The notes beneath the pieces are model-generated. The model did not search any database. It saw only the letters and a program-made list of their open reading frames with translations, and had not been told where the DNA came from. A DNA stretch of 64,000 nucleotides from positions 32,001-96,000 of IMG/VR virus record IMGVR_UViG_3300022891_000002, one strand, 5' to 3'. The translations under genes were made by a program, and so were the position numbers. Shown in pieces: positions 48,776 through 58,237 of the stretch; positions within the stretch are counted from its first letter, which is position 1, and every line of letters begins with the position of its first letter. Source of the DNA: a virus.

Positions 48776-49159
48776 ATGCCAACTCTATTAAAAACAGAAA
48801 CACAAACTCTCAATGTAGCACCGACTACCTTATTCCAAGCAACTCCTACAACTACCTTTATCATTGCTAAAGTTCTACTAAAAAATGAAAAATCTGAAGC
48901 TGCTAAAGTTACTGTTAAACTAAATAACTTAGAAATAGTTAAAGATTTTAATTTACCTATTTTTAATCAAGAACCTTTAGAGTTAAATTCTATTTCTAAA
49001 TTGAAACTTGAAGGCACAGATATCTTAGAAATAACTATTATTCCTAGTTCTATGTCAGGTTCAGTGGCTTTTGGTTTAATTGGTGGTTATCCTTGGTACA
49101 CAACAGTCGAACCAAATGCAGCTACAATAATAATGACTTATGTTAAACAAACTATTTAA
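48776..49159 (+). CDS. Hypothetical virion protein
   Basis: Beta-rich, with a KLKLEGTDIL pattern seen in small tail-associated proteins. Confidence 0.45.
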   Translation: MPTLLKTETQTLNVAPTTLFQATPTTTFIIAKVLLKNEKSEAAKVTVKLNNLEIVKDFNLPIFNQEPLELNSISKLKLEGTDILEITIIPSSMSGSVAFGLIGGYPWYTTVEPNAATIIMTYVKQTI

Positions 49160-49168
49160 AAATATATT

Positions 49169-49744
49169 ATGGCTTATCAAGTAACTCAAGGTTCAGGTAC
49201 GTGGATAGCAGGAGAAACTTATGTAGATTCTGGAACTGGACTAACTTATCATGTTCCGGTTATTACTAATAAAACTCTTTCTGTTGTAGGAACAAATACG
49301 GGTGGTATAGGAACTACCGCTTATGCAGCTAATCAAGTAATGGGAACTTCTCAATTCACTTTCCCAGGAGTAGCACTTAAAGCTGGTCTTGGAGGTGTAA
49401 TTCAAAATGCTTCTCTTTACTGTGCTGTTGTATCTACAGGTCAATATATAATTAGACTATTTGATAAACCACTAACTACTTCTACTTTTACAGATAGACA
49501 AGCCTACTCATTGTTTAATATACCTGATAGTGAAGCTCAATCTTTTGTAGGAGATATTGAATTCTCTTTTCCTCTTGCTTCTGCTAATAATACTCTTTAT
49601 TCAGTAACAGGAGTAGGAATGAGTTTTACTACGGATTCTGCTGGTTCACCTAATTTATATGGAGTTCTATTATCTAGAAATGCTCATACTTTAGCTGGAG
49701 CTACTGGGCAAGATATCAGAATTAATTTAGAAATTCTCTTATAA
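49169..49744 (+). CDS. Hypothetical virion protein
   Basis: 191 aa, with TAYAANQVMG and LYGVLL; beta-rich. Confidence 0.5.
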   Translation: MAYQVTQGSGTWIAGETYVDSGTGLTYHVPVITNKTLSVVGTNTGGIGTTAYAANQVMGTSQFTFPGVALKAGLGGVIQNASLYCAVVSTGQYIIRLFDKPLTTSTFTDRQAYSLFNIPDSEAQSFVGDIEFSFPLASANNTLYSVTGVGMSFTTDSAGSPNLYGVLLSRNAHTLAGATGQDIRINLEILL

Positions 49745-49747
49745 AAA

Positions 49748-50251
49748 ATGAAAATAACTACTTTATCTAAAATAACTCCTTTAGTAGAAATGTCTTCTCC
49801 TACTCTACTTCAATGTAGAACTGGAGAATGTGGCGGATGTCCCAATAATACAGGTAAATTAATTTGGGTTCCTAGAAAGAATAGTGCGGATAGTACCTTT
49901 ACTGAGACTTTTAAATTTCAATATAACTTCTTTGATAAGAGTGCAGAAGGTTCGAGTCCTGTCAAGTATAATATTACCGATGGAAACACTACTATTAATG
50001 GGACAAGTGCAAGTTATAGTAATAGACCTGACAAAGCTTGGGCAGTAGCAAATAACGCAATTATGTCAAATCCTACATTAACACCTTCTTTAATGAGTGG
50101 AACGGCTTTTCTTACTCATAGTTTTCTTTTCAATGGAGGTGGTGGTTGGTTATTTTTTAGACAACCTAATCCAGCAATTAGTAATGTTCATGATGCTTTA
50201 TGTTTTGAGTATAATCATGAAAAGAAACTAATTACCTTCCGTTCATTCTGA
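49748..50251 (+). CDS. Hypothetical protein
   Basis: 167-aa ORF in the tail operon. Confidence 0.5.
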   Translation: MKITTLSKITPLVEMSSPTLLQCRTGECGGCPNNTGKLIWVPRKNSADSTFTETFKFQYNFFDKSAEGSSPVKYNITDGNTTINGTSASYSNRPDKAWAVANNAIMSNPTLTPSLMSGTAFLTHSFLFNGGGGWLFFRQPNPAISNVHDALCFEYNHEKKLITFRSF

Positions 50252-50518
50252 TAAACTATCCCAAATATCTACTTTTCTTTGTAAATTTATGAGGAGTTGG
50301 ACAGGTATTCCTAGCTTATTCTCTATCTCTTTTACCCAATAATAAGTAATAGGTCTTTCTCCTTTTAGGATTTCATCTAGCTCTAAGTTATAAAGATACA
50401 AATCTCTAATATTAATTCCTCTATCTTCTAGGATATCTATTACAATAGAGCCAGGATGTAGAGGTCTTATTTTTCTTTGCATTACATTAAATACAAAATT
50501 TACAGACATATTAAACAC
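50243..50518 (-). CDS. higA: HigA/VapI-like antitoxin (HTH), no adjacent toxin
   Basis: PLHPGSIV...ILKGERPIT...LGIP...NLQ..D. Confidence 0.7.
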   Translation of the reverse strand: MFNMSVNFVFNVMQRKIRPLHPGSIVIDILEDRGINIRDLYLYNLELDEILKGERPITYYWVKEIENKLGIPVQLLINLQRKVDIWDSLSE

Positions 50519-50523
50519 TTCCT

Positions 50524-53499
50524 ATGAATGATGACCAAGTAGTTTTCAAAATCCTGAAGTTACTAGAAAATAATACTGCTTTTATTGGTTACGCAATAAA
50601 CGGTGGAATTGGAACAAAGATAAATGTCCGAAATACTGAAACAGGGAAAACTATTCAAGCTTTATCTATTAATGTAGATTCTAGTGGAGAAGTTTTAGTA
50701 GTTAAAGATTCTAATGATGGTAAATATAAAGCAGTTACTTTTAAATCTGCTGAACAAATTACGGAGAGAATTATACAGCTAAGAAAGACTAAGCCAATAG
50801 ATGATAAGAAAACTATCGAATACACCGACTCAGATATTGAAGTTTTTTATTTATTTGTGAAATTGATAGATACAGGTTCTCCATATCCTACTCAATTACA
50901 ATCTACTTGGATAAGAAAAGGTAGCTCTTGTACTCAGTTTGTAGGTGCTTATGAGAGATGTAATTATGCTGCTAAAGACACTATTAATGGGGTAGATTAT
51001 ACAGGATTGCCTTATGAACCTTATTTTTCACTTACAGATTGTCTTAATAATGACTTAAGTAGAGATGCCCGAACACCTCATGGTGGTAGAGATGAACAAG
51101 GTATGGGAGCGGGTACTGTAGTTTACAGCTCACGAGTTACAGCCGATGAAGAACAAAGAATAAAAGGCGCATTACTATCTCATGATGGCGAGTTCGGTAC
51201 AACTTTTGCGGATAGATTTGGTTACGCTAGTATTTTAGATTGTTCTGGGGCAATGTATATTGAGGGTTGGCAATATTCTAATAGTTTAAAAACTGGAGAA
51301 CCTTACTTACATTGTGACTTTGGTTTTTTGCCGGGTTTTTCCAATGAGTGTACCTTAGAAATGCAGATAGCAGGATATTGTGATTCAAGAGGTTATATTA
51401 ATAGTAAAACTCCTCCACCTGGAACACCTGGAGTAGGAAGTATCGATAATAGCTGGGCATACGAATATGGTTGGATAAATCTACCTTATAGTTTTATGTA
51501 TAAAAGACATTTTCAACCTCTTTATGTAGACGGAGACTTCGCCAGAGGTACTTTCTTGATTCTAGAAATTAATCCTTTAACTCAAACACCTCTCATTCCT
51601 GAAGGTTTATTTCCCTGGATTTCTGGTTGTCCACCTGTTCCTAACGGCCCGTATAATGGCAGTGGGGGTAATAGGTTTCCTCAAGGCCCACCTCCACCTA
51701 AAAGACGTGATATGAAACTATCTACTCATAAAGCCGAAATCTGGCTAGGTAGTAGTAAAAAAGAAGAAGCTATTAAATTGTATGAGTTAGGTGCTAGCGA
51801 TTTATTTTCTGGAATGTACAATGCTTTTATTCTAAGAGCTAATGAAACTCAAGTAGATATAAATAGTAGACTAGGAAGAAGCACCAGTCTTACTCAAGAA
51901 GAACAGTTACGTCATGATAAATTCTATGAAAATTGTAATAAAAATATAATTGACTTACGAATTGACCCTAGAGTCTGGGTATTTATAATAGACAACATTC
52001 CTAACTCAGATTTTGGTGTTAGACCTGCTGTAGACATTGATATTCCTGCTACAGACCCTAAAAATATCAATTTACAACAAATGATAAATAATCTATATAA
52101 CAGAACTATTAATCTGACTATTGTAGATAAAAAAACTCAAATTGTACATTTAAAACTAGGTCTAACTCCTAAAAATACGTTGAGCAATACAGATTGTAAA
52201 GGTGTATCTAATACTAGCAATCCAACTCCTGCAAACGATTTAATTTCTAGTCAAAGCTGGGAGTATCAAAAAACAGTAACAATAAAGATTACAGACTGGG
52301 AAATAGAAAGTATTAGTAATAACTTGGATACTAGCTCCCTACCTACTGAAACATGGAACAAACAATACATAGAAAAAAAATATTTTACTTCTTTTGGTAG
52401 AAGCTGGTCTACTTTTGGAACAGGATTAGGAGGTGGACTATTCAAAACAGACCGTGATTTTGCTAATGATATTCTTTTACAGTCAGATAGCAGTATATTT
52501 CTAACTAATTTAACATCAGGTAATAACTATGAACAGTACAATTACAGCCAATCTAAATCTCCTACAGAAAATAATCTAGACCTTAGACTCTTTCCAAATA
52601 GTTGTTTTCTCATAGCTAAACCTAATTCATCTGCTGACGCGAATAGGTTAGTTCTTAAGTCTACTAATAGTTGGTGGGCTTTATGGGATAGAAGCATCTT
52701 GGACAGTAAAAATAAACGTTTAAGCTCTATAGTAGGTTACGATGTCAACTATTATCAAATAATTACAAGTTACGGTTTAAGTCCTAATTTGACATATACA
52801 GGTACTAATAATATTAGACAAATAAGTAATGAAAGCTATTTTGAATATCTAACTACTCGACCTAAAAAATACGTACCTTCCAATATTAGAAGCATACGGA
52901 ATAAATTAATACCTACTGCTGATAATGACGCTGCGACTCTACTTACTAGAAATAGTATATTAAATAGTTACGGATTAAACCACTTTTATGTCTATGTAAA
53001 TAATAATTGGTCTAAATACGCAACTAACAGATTAGATGGAATATCTCTCCCTTTTATTGGAGAATCTTCTCTTTTTTACTCTTTAGGCACTTACTACGAC
53101 ACTAGAGAAAATCTATTATTAGCAGATAAGTTCTTCTCTTCTCCGTCTGAAAGAATAAGCACTCGTCAATGGTTTAACAGATTATGGGGACAATTTATTT
53201 TTGATGGTTCTATTAAAGTAGATGTGGATTCTTATAAAAAAGTTGAATTTCAACATCCAAACAATCCTGCACAATACATAAAATATACTGTCTCGTCTCA
53301 AAACAGTAATAGTGAGTATAATTTTATACTAGGTACTCCTCAACAAGAATTAGAAACCGTTCTTACACCTGGAGTTCTAGACGTAACAAAACAAGTTCCC
53401 ATCAAAAAACCTACTAATGTAGAACTAGACCCAAACATGAGCTTCCTCGTATACCTGTATCCGTTCGTGGAAGTTAAGAAAAAGACTAAGGAAATCTAG
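50524..53499 (+). CDS. Large putative tail / receptor-binding protein
   Basis: 991 aa, last gene of the + strand tail block, with a Cys/Pro/Gly-rich middle. Confidence 0.45.
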   Translation: MNDDQVVFKILKLLENNTAFIGYAINGGIGTKINVRNTETGKTIQALSINVDSSGEVLVVKDSNDGKYKAVTFKSAEQITERIIQLRKTKPIDDKKTIEYTDSDIEVFYLFVKLIDTGSPYPTQLQSTWIRKGSSCTQFVGAYERCNYAAKDTINGVDYTGLPYEPYFSLTDCLNNDLSRDARTPHGGRDEQGMGAGTVVYSSRVTADEEQRIKGALLSHDGEFGTTFADRFGYASILDCSGAMYIEGWQYSNSLKTGEPYLHCDFGFLPGFSNECTLEMQIAGYCDSRGYINSKTPPPGTPGVGSIDNSWAYEYGWINLPYSFMYKRHFQPLYVDGDFARGTFLILEINPLTQTPLIPEGLFPWISGCPPVPNGPYNGSGGNRFPQGPPPPKRRDMKLSTHKAEIWLGSSKKEEAIKLYELGASDLFSGMYNAFILRANETQVDINSRLGRSTSLTQEEQLRHDKFYENCNKNIIDLRIDPRVWVFIIDNIPNSDFGVRPAVDIDIPATDPKNINLQQMINNLYNRTINLTIVDKKTQIVHLKLGLTPKNTLSNTDCKGVSNTSNPTPANDLISSQSWEYQKTVTIKITDWEIESISNNLDTSSLPTETWNKQYIEKKYFTSFGRSWSTFGTGLGGGLFKTDRDFANDILLQSDSSIFLTNLTSGNNYEQYNYSQSKSPTENNLDLRLFPNSCFLIAKPNSSADANRLVLKSTNSWWALWDRSILDSKNKRLSSIVGYDVNYYQIITSYGLSPNLTYTGTNNIRQISNESYFEYLTTRPKKYVPSNIRSIRNKLIPTADNDAATLLTRNSILNSYGLNHFYVYVNNNWSKYATNRLDGISLPFIGESSLFYSLGTYYDTRENLLLADKFFSSPSERISTRQWFNRLWGQFIFDGSIKVDVDSYKKVEFQHPNNPAQYIKYTVSSQNSNSEYNFILGTPQQELETVLTPGVLDVTKQVPIKKPTNVELDPNMSFLVYLYPFVEVKKKTKEI

Positions 53500-53511
53500 T
53501 CTCAAGTATAA

Positions 53512-53582
53512 AGCGAATAAAGAGACTCGAACTCTTGACTTCTAGTTGGAAGCTAGAAATATTACCACTATACTATATTCGC
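53512..53582 (-). tRNA. tRNA-Gly(UCC)
   Basis: Acceptor GCGAATA/TATTCGC with U discriminator, D loop AGTGGTA, anticodon arm TCTAG-CTTCCAA-CTAGA, T loop TTCGAGT. Confidence 0.85.
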
Positions 53583-53583
53583 T

Positions 53584-53661
53584 TGGTGTCAGATTATGGA
53601 ATCGAACCACATTAATGTCTCCTTATGGTTGGAGATGAGTAACCGTTTCTCTATTTCTGAC
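53584..53661 (-). tRNA. Atypical or degenerate tRNA (Met/Ile CAT-like or Trp CCA-like) with encoded CCA
   Basis: GTCAGA/TCTGAC acceptor plus ACCA, T arm TGTGG-TTCGATT-CCATA, anticodon stem TCTCC/GGAGA, but an 8-nt loop AACCATAA lacking U33. Confidence 0.5.
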
Positions 53662-53693
53662 TAATCTACGCTAGCACAAACTAATTAATCTTG

Positions 53694-54503
53694 TCAATCA
53701 TTATTTTGAATATACATCTGCTTAGCTAACTCATTTATTGCAGGAACTACTTTGTCCATGTTCATAGAATAAAGATTAGCACAAGAAAAAGAGTTAAGTT
53801 CTATTACTCCTATCCCTTTATTACTCATACCAATATCAACTGTAAAAGCTCTATCCGGAATTAAAACACTATTAGAGAAACTACGTAACGCATTTTCTAA
53901 TAGAAGTTTAGCTCCTTGGTACATTCCACTTTTAGGAGTATCCGAATATCTGATATAATCAACTATCTTTCTATCTACTACTAGAAATCTATACTCATCT
54001 TTTATATTTTTTTTACTAGCTTGAATTATTACTCTACTCTCTTCTAATCTCAACTTCTCTAACTCAGATTTAGTAAATAGTCCACCAGTAAAAATTTTAT
54101 CTCCTTCATTAGGTCGGAAAAAGAACTTCTTAGTAGTATCTCCTTCTCTACAATGTCTTTTTAAGATAGAAGGTAGAGTTATTGTCCAATCTTTATTTAG
54201 TAGATAGCCATTCCAACTAGGATAGTAGTTAAGACAATCAAAATTCTTAAGTGTACAAATAGCACCTGGGTCTAAAGGGTATTGATTAATTTCTTTAGCT
54301 AGTCTGAGACTTCCTATAAATATAGTAGCTACTTCATAATCTACTAAACCTCCAAACTTATCGTTATAGTCATAGGACATTACTTCTTGGTAAGTAGTTT
54401 CTTTATAATAGATATCTTTTTCTTTTAGGTACTCTACTAATCTATCTGTGTAGCTCAAGATATTTCTTTCAATTATCCACCTAACTTCTAGTTCTTTAGT
54501 CAT
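53694..54503 (-). CDS. ATP-grasp domain protein (DUF4343 / R2K-like)
   Basis: FFRPNEGDKIFTG, EYRFLVV, FTVDIG and IELNSFSCANLY. Start moved to MTKELEV. Confidence 0.7.
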   Translation of the reverse strand: MTKELEVRWIIERNILSYTDRLVEYLKEKDIYYKETTYQEVMSYDYNDKFGGLVDYEVATIFIGSLRLAKEINQYPLDPGAICTLKNFDCLNYYPSWNGYLLNKDWTITLPSILKRHCREGDTTKKFFFRPNEGDKIFTGGLFTKSELEKLRLEESRVIIQASKKNIKDEYRFLVVDRKIVDYIRYSDTPKSGMYQGAKLLLENALRSFSNSVLIPDRAFTVDIGMSNKGIGVIELNSFSCANLYSMNMDKVVPAINELAKQMYIQNND

Positions 54504-54744
54504 AGTACCATTCCTCATACCAAGCATGATTATTTCCTTTTCTCCAACCTAACTCTTCTAATTTTTTTAAATCCTCATTATCAAAATCTTTAGAGTCAGC
54601 AGAAAGACTAATAATATAAGTAGGTACATAAAAAGTTTCAGTTTCTATACTCATCTCTGCTGTACAATCATATCTCATAAATATAGCTATACCTTTAAGT
54701 AAGTTAGCTAGGTTAGTACATTGAGGTTCTTGTATATTAATCAC
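54496..54744 (-). CDS. Hypothetical protein
   Basis: 82 aa, with DLKKLEELGW. Confidence 0.55.
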   Translation of the reverse strand: MINIQEPQCTNLANLLKGIAIFMRYDCTAEMSIETETFYVPTYIISLSADSKDFDNEDLKKLEELGWRKGNNHAWYEEWYYD

Positions 54745-54946
54745 TATTTTCCTCCTCTACTAACTCAGTATTTATTGAAATAATGGTATAAGACTCTTTC
54801 ATGTTTTCTATAGCATTACTAAGTTTTGAGATACCATTAATTACAAACTTTTGAGTGTACTTATAGTTATACTGCTCATTTGAACCTTTACGTCTAAAAA
54901 CTATAACAACTTCATACTTCATGACTACTATGCTCCTTCTCTTCAC
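54737..54946 (-). CDS. Hypothetical protein
   Basis: Small ORF in the operon. Confidence 0.5.
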   Translation of the reverse strand: MKRRSIVVMKYEVVIVFRRKGSNEQYNYKYTQKFVINGISKLSNAIENMKESYTIISINTELVEEENSD

Positions 54947-55421
54947 TTCTAATAGTTGATAAAATTTTTATGTCTAAGTCATAGACCTTATTTTGAGTAA
55001 CATAACTAAGACACTTAACTAACCATAATAAGACTGAGTAATATAGATAAGCAATCTTTTCTCCTTTAGTTACATAGCTTAGAAGCTCTTTAGTAGAGTA
55101 ACTAGATGCTGACCTACCTCTAAAGATTAAGTAGAATAGTATATTTCTCTTACTTACCTGTATATTAGTCTTAGTAACCTTACTATCTACTACTACTTTC
55201 TCTATTAGATACTTAGTAGGTATACTCCAACCTCTCTTATTCCTCAAAGCGAGGTTCCGACGAGCTAATAAACTAAACAACATTTTACTATGCTTCTTCT
55301 CATCTACTGACATCTGATAGAAGTAAGAAGAATACTCATCACCTCTCTTACTCACCTTTCTATAGAAGTTGGATAAGGAGTATTCATAAATAGCTAATTT
55401 ATAATAGATATGACTTAACAA
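54912..55421 (-). CDS. Ferritin-like four-helix protein
   Basis: E..FY...DEKKH and E...Y...EEKEH form paired ExxH motifs. Confidence 0.55.
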   Translation of the reverse strand: MLSHIYYKLAIYEYSLSNFYRKVSKRGDEYSSYFYQMSVDEKKHSKMLFSLLARRNLALRNKRGWSIPTKYLIEKVVVDSKVTKTNIQVSKRNILFYLIFRGRSASSYSTKELLSYVTKGEKIAYLYYSVLLWLVKCLSYVTQNKVYDLDIKILSTIRSEEKEHSSHEV

Positions 55422-57132
55422 GAGTTTTTAACTTAGATACTACAACTCTCATTATAAAGCTGTAATCTAAGTCTTTTATATGTTCTAACTTAAGGTTCTT
55501 AGTAGAGAAGTAATACAAGTAGAGTCTAGTAAATACTCTCTTAAACCTTCTTGTCTCTACTACATAACTATCTAACACCTTTTTTCCATTATTTACTTGA
55601 AGTTCCTTATTAGTAGATAGTGAGTTAGGTAGTTGTCTGTACGTAACTAAATACTCCTTAGTACATTTGAATGTTGCTACCTTAGCTAGTTGAATAAGGA
55701 AATCCCAATCTTCACATCCGTTATACTCAACATTAAACCTAATATTATGTTCTTCTATTACTGAAGCTTTAACAAAGATATTAGAACCACAAGTAAGGAA
55801 GTTATACTCTAATGCGTCTTCATAAACATCTCCATTACAAATCTTACTATGATTCTTAGTTATTTCCCCATCTTTATCTATTAAAACTCTAGAATATACA
55901 CAATCTATATAAGGATATTTTTTAAATGTAGCCACTGACTTTTCTACTAATGTTGAATCCCATACATCATCTGCATCACAGAAGGAGACAATATCATAAG
56001 GAAAAGGTAGACCTCTATTTCTAGCTTCTGAAACACCAAAATGGTTTTGAGTAAATACACTAATTTTATATTTACTACTCTCATCTAATGAATTAATGTA
56101 CTTATCTACTACTTCTAGACTACTATCTGTACTCCCATCATCTACTATCATTATGTATATCTTCTGATATGTCTGATTAAGTAATGAAGATAGTGTCGCT
56201 TCTATGTACCTCTCCTTGTTATAAAGCGGAACTACTATAGTAACTAAAGGACTTTTCTCTACTTCTATTATTTGTTTTTTAGTAACTAAGTCATATACAT
56301 TAGTCTTCTTACTTGACTCACTAAAATAATTACTTATGTACTTTATCTCTTCCTTATGGTCATTAACTAAACTATTTACATTACTAAGTCTCTCTTTATT
56401 AACTACATCTACTTCTTTAAATAAGTTACTATGTTGTTCTTCTTCTAATACTTGAGGTAATACTTTAGTTAGGTTACTTACTCTATTAACTAACAGACCT
56501 CGAATATCTGAATCACTTAGGTCAAGATGTAGCTCATTAACTAAGAAATTGTATAATGTAAAGTAAGCATCTTCAGTTAAACCTCTATAAGTTACGTGGA
56601 AATGGTAAGGTATAATTATGTTCTGATGATACCAACTAATTTTAACTAACTCATCTGAAATATCTTTTCCATATACGTGTCTTTTTACTAAAGAGAGATT
56701 TGGTTCATGAGTCTTAGTAATTAAATTATGATATATATTTACTAATGATTCTTCATACTTCTCACAAGCTCCTAATATATCTTCTACCTCTAATACGTCT
56801 TTAGCTCTTAATATAGATAGAACTGTAGGAACTGGCGGGCGAGTAACATAGATAACATGAATATCTCTCTTACATACCTTCCTCAGTTGCTCTATTATGT
56901 CTAAGTAATGTACGTGTTCAGGAGTTTTTTCTATTACTATCTCTTCTTGTATTGAATCAAAGATATTAGCTAAATATTCAATAAGGTCAGTAGGTGAGAA
57001 ATTAAAAGGATTAGTTAGGCATTTAGTTTCATAAAGTATTTTAGTATTTTTCAATCCACATAGGTAGCTTAGTAGAAGTGTAGTACCTGACCTTGGTGAA
57101 CCCAAAATGAATATTAGTTTCTTATTATTCAT
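55399..57132 (-). CDS. Sulfotransferase - GT2 glycosyltransferase fusion
   Basis: N-terminal IFILGSPRSGTTLL (PAPS loop) and EKTPEH. C-terminal VTIVVPLYN, IVDDGSTD, ARNRG, FCDADD and EDWDF. Confidence 0.85.
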   Translation of the reverse strand: MNNKKLIFILGSPRSGTTLLLSYLCGLKNTKILYETKCLTNPFNFSPTDLIEYLANIFDSIQEEIVIEKTPEHVHYLDIIEQLRKVCKRDIHVIYVTRPPVPTVLSILRAKDVLEVEDILGACEKYEESLVNIYHNLITKTHEPNLSLVKRHVYGKDISDELVKISWYHQNIIIPYHFHVTYRGLTEDAYFTLYNFLVNELHLDLSDSDIRGLLVNRVSNLTKVLPQVLEEEQHSNLFKEVDVVNKERLSNVNSLVNDHKEEIKYISNYFSESSKKTNVYDLVTKKQIIEVEKSPLVTIVVPLYNKERYIEATLSSLLNQTYQKIYIMIVDDGSTDSSLEVVDKYINSLDESSKYKISVFTQNHFGVSEARNRGLPFPYDIVSFCDADDVWDSTLVEKSVATFKKYPYIDCVYSRVLIDKDGEITKNHSKICNGDVYEDALEYNFLTCGSNIFVKASVIEEHNIRFNVEYNGCEDWDFLIQLAKVATFKCTKEYLVTYRQLPNSLSTNKELQVNNGKKVLDSYVVETRRFKRVFTRLYLYYFSTKNLKLEHIKDLDYSFIMRVVVSKLKTLVKSYLL

Positions 57133-57325
57133 ATACTTTACTTAGAATTTGGTACTTACCTATTAAGACATTAACGTTACCTACACAAGTAGTTATAGAG
57201 TCACCTACTCCTATAAGCTCTTTATTAGTAACTCTTTTCTTGAGTAATGCTAGTCGTTGCTCAACTTCTTCTATTTCAGATAATAAAGTCTCTTGAACAA
57301 TACCAAACTCTTCTTGTCTTTTCAT
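57125..57325 (-). CDS. Hypothetical protein
   Basis: 66-aa coupled ORF. Confidence 0.5.
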   Translation of the reverse strand: MKRQEEFGIVQETLLSEIEEVEQRLALLKKRVTNKELIGVGDSITTCVGNVNVLIGKYQILSKVYE

Positions 57326-57564
57326 AAGTAGTACCTTGTCATTGGTGAATAACCTTCTCTAGCTCTGTCACTAAACCAAAAAGTAGTTGTTAGAGAGTCA
57401 TCGTCTATCTCTTCTTCTCTGTACCAAACATACTCTACTTTATCTATATCTACTGTAGTTAACAAGAACCTCTCCTCTTCATCATTCCTTAAGTAGATAC
57501 TTCCTTCCTCAATATCTTCCTTTATATGTTCACTAACTGCATCTACAAACTCTTCTTTATCCAC
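57322..57564 (-). CDS. Acidic hypothetical protein
   Basis: 80 aa. DKEEF...DKVEYVW parallels NKELF...EDVEYLW in 57557..57763. Confidence 0.5.
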   Translation of the reverse strand: MDKEEFVDAVSEHIKEDIEEGSIYLRNDEEERFLLTTVDIDKVEYVWYREEEIDDDSLTTTFWFSDRAREGYSPMTRYYL

Positions 57565-57763
57565 ATGACCATCTGAGTAATAACCACAAATACTCTACAT
57601 CTTCTGTACCAGTAATAGATAACTCTTGATTCTTTTCCTCTCTTAGTCTTTGTAAACCAAGGTAGGTATAGATTAAAAACAACTCTTTGTTAATAAATCC
57701 CTCGACATATATATAATCTACCTTTTTGGTTATATCATCTTCTATCACATAAAAAGTATTCAT
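57557..57763 (-). CDS. Hypothetical protein
   Basis: 68-aa coupled ORF. Confidence 0.45.
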   Translation of the reverse strand: MNTFYVIEDDITKKVDYIYVEGFINKELFLIYTYLGLQRLREEKNQELSITGTEDVEYLWLLLRWSCG

Positions 57764-58152
57764 AAGAAGTTCTTGTAATTTACACTGAAAAACTGACCTA
57801 ATGTTTTTGCTTGAGCTTTTGATATCTCTCTCTTACCATTGAGAACCTCAGATACTACCCCTTTACTACCAATAATTCCTACTAAATCTTTCTGTTTGTA
57901 ATCGTGTAAATCCATACAACCTTTTAAGAATTCAAGAGGTTCTAATTCAGGAACAGGATAATGTTCAGTTTCATACTTTTCAATCAAGATACATAGTAGT
58001 TCATAGATAGCAATTTCTTCTGAAGTTTTCTCTTTATCGAAAAAATATGGCTCTACTAATTTTACATATTTATCTAACTCTTCCTCTGACTCAATAGGCT
58101 TGATAATAATTTCAGAAAATAGTCTGATATATTCTTCTTGGTTGAAAGTCAT
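57760..58152 (-). CDS. higA: HigA-type antitoxin / HTH regulator, no adjacent toxin
   Basis: PIESEEE...LIEKYETEHYP...KQKDLVGIIGSKGVVSEVLNGKREISK..AK.LG.FF. Confidence 0.8.
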   Translation of the reverse strand: MTFNQEEYIRLFSEIIIKPIESEEELDKYVKLVEPYFFDKEKTSEEIAIYELLCILIEKYETEHYPVPELEPLEFLKGCMDLHDYKQKDLVGIIGSKGVVSEVLNGKREISKAQAKTLGQFFSVNYKNFL

Positions 58153-58237
58153 GTGATTAATCTCCTCAAGTTTCTACTTTTTTAGAAATATAAGCTATAA
58201 TGTTAGTATGTCCAAATAAAAAAGGTGTCTCGAATTT

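Noticed and set aside
35285-49444. ORFs 35285..35473, 43687..43887, 44095..44355, 48195..48515 and 49241..49444
   Set aside because: Shadow ORFs overlapping supported genes.
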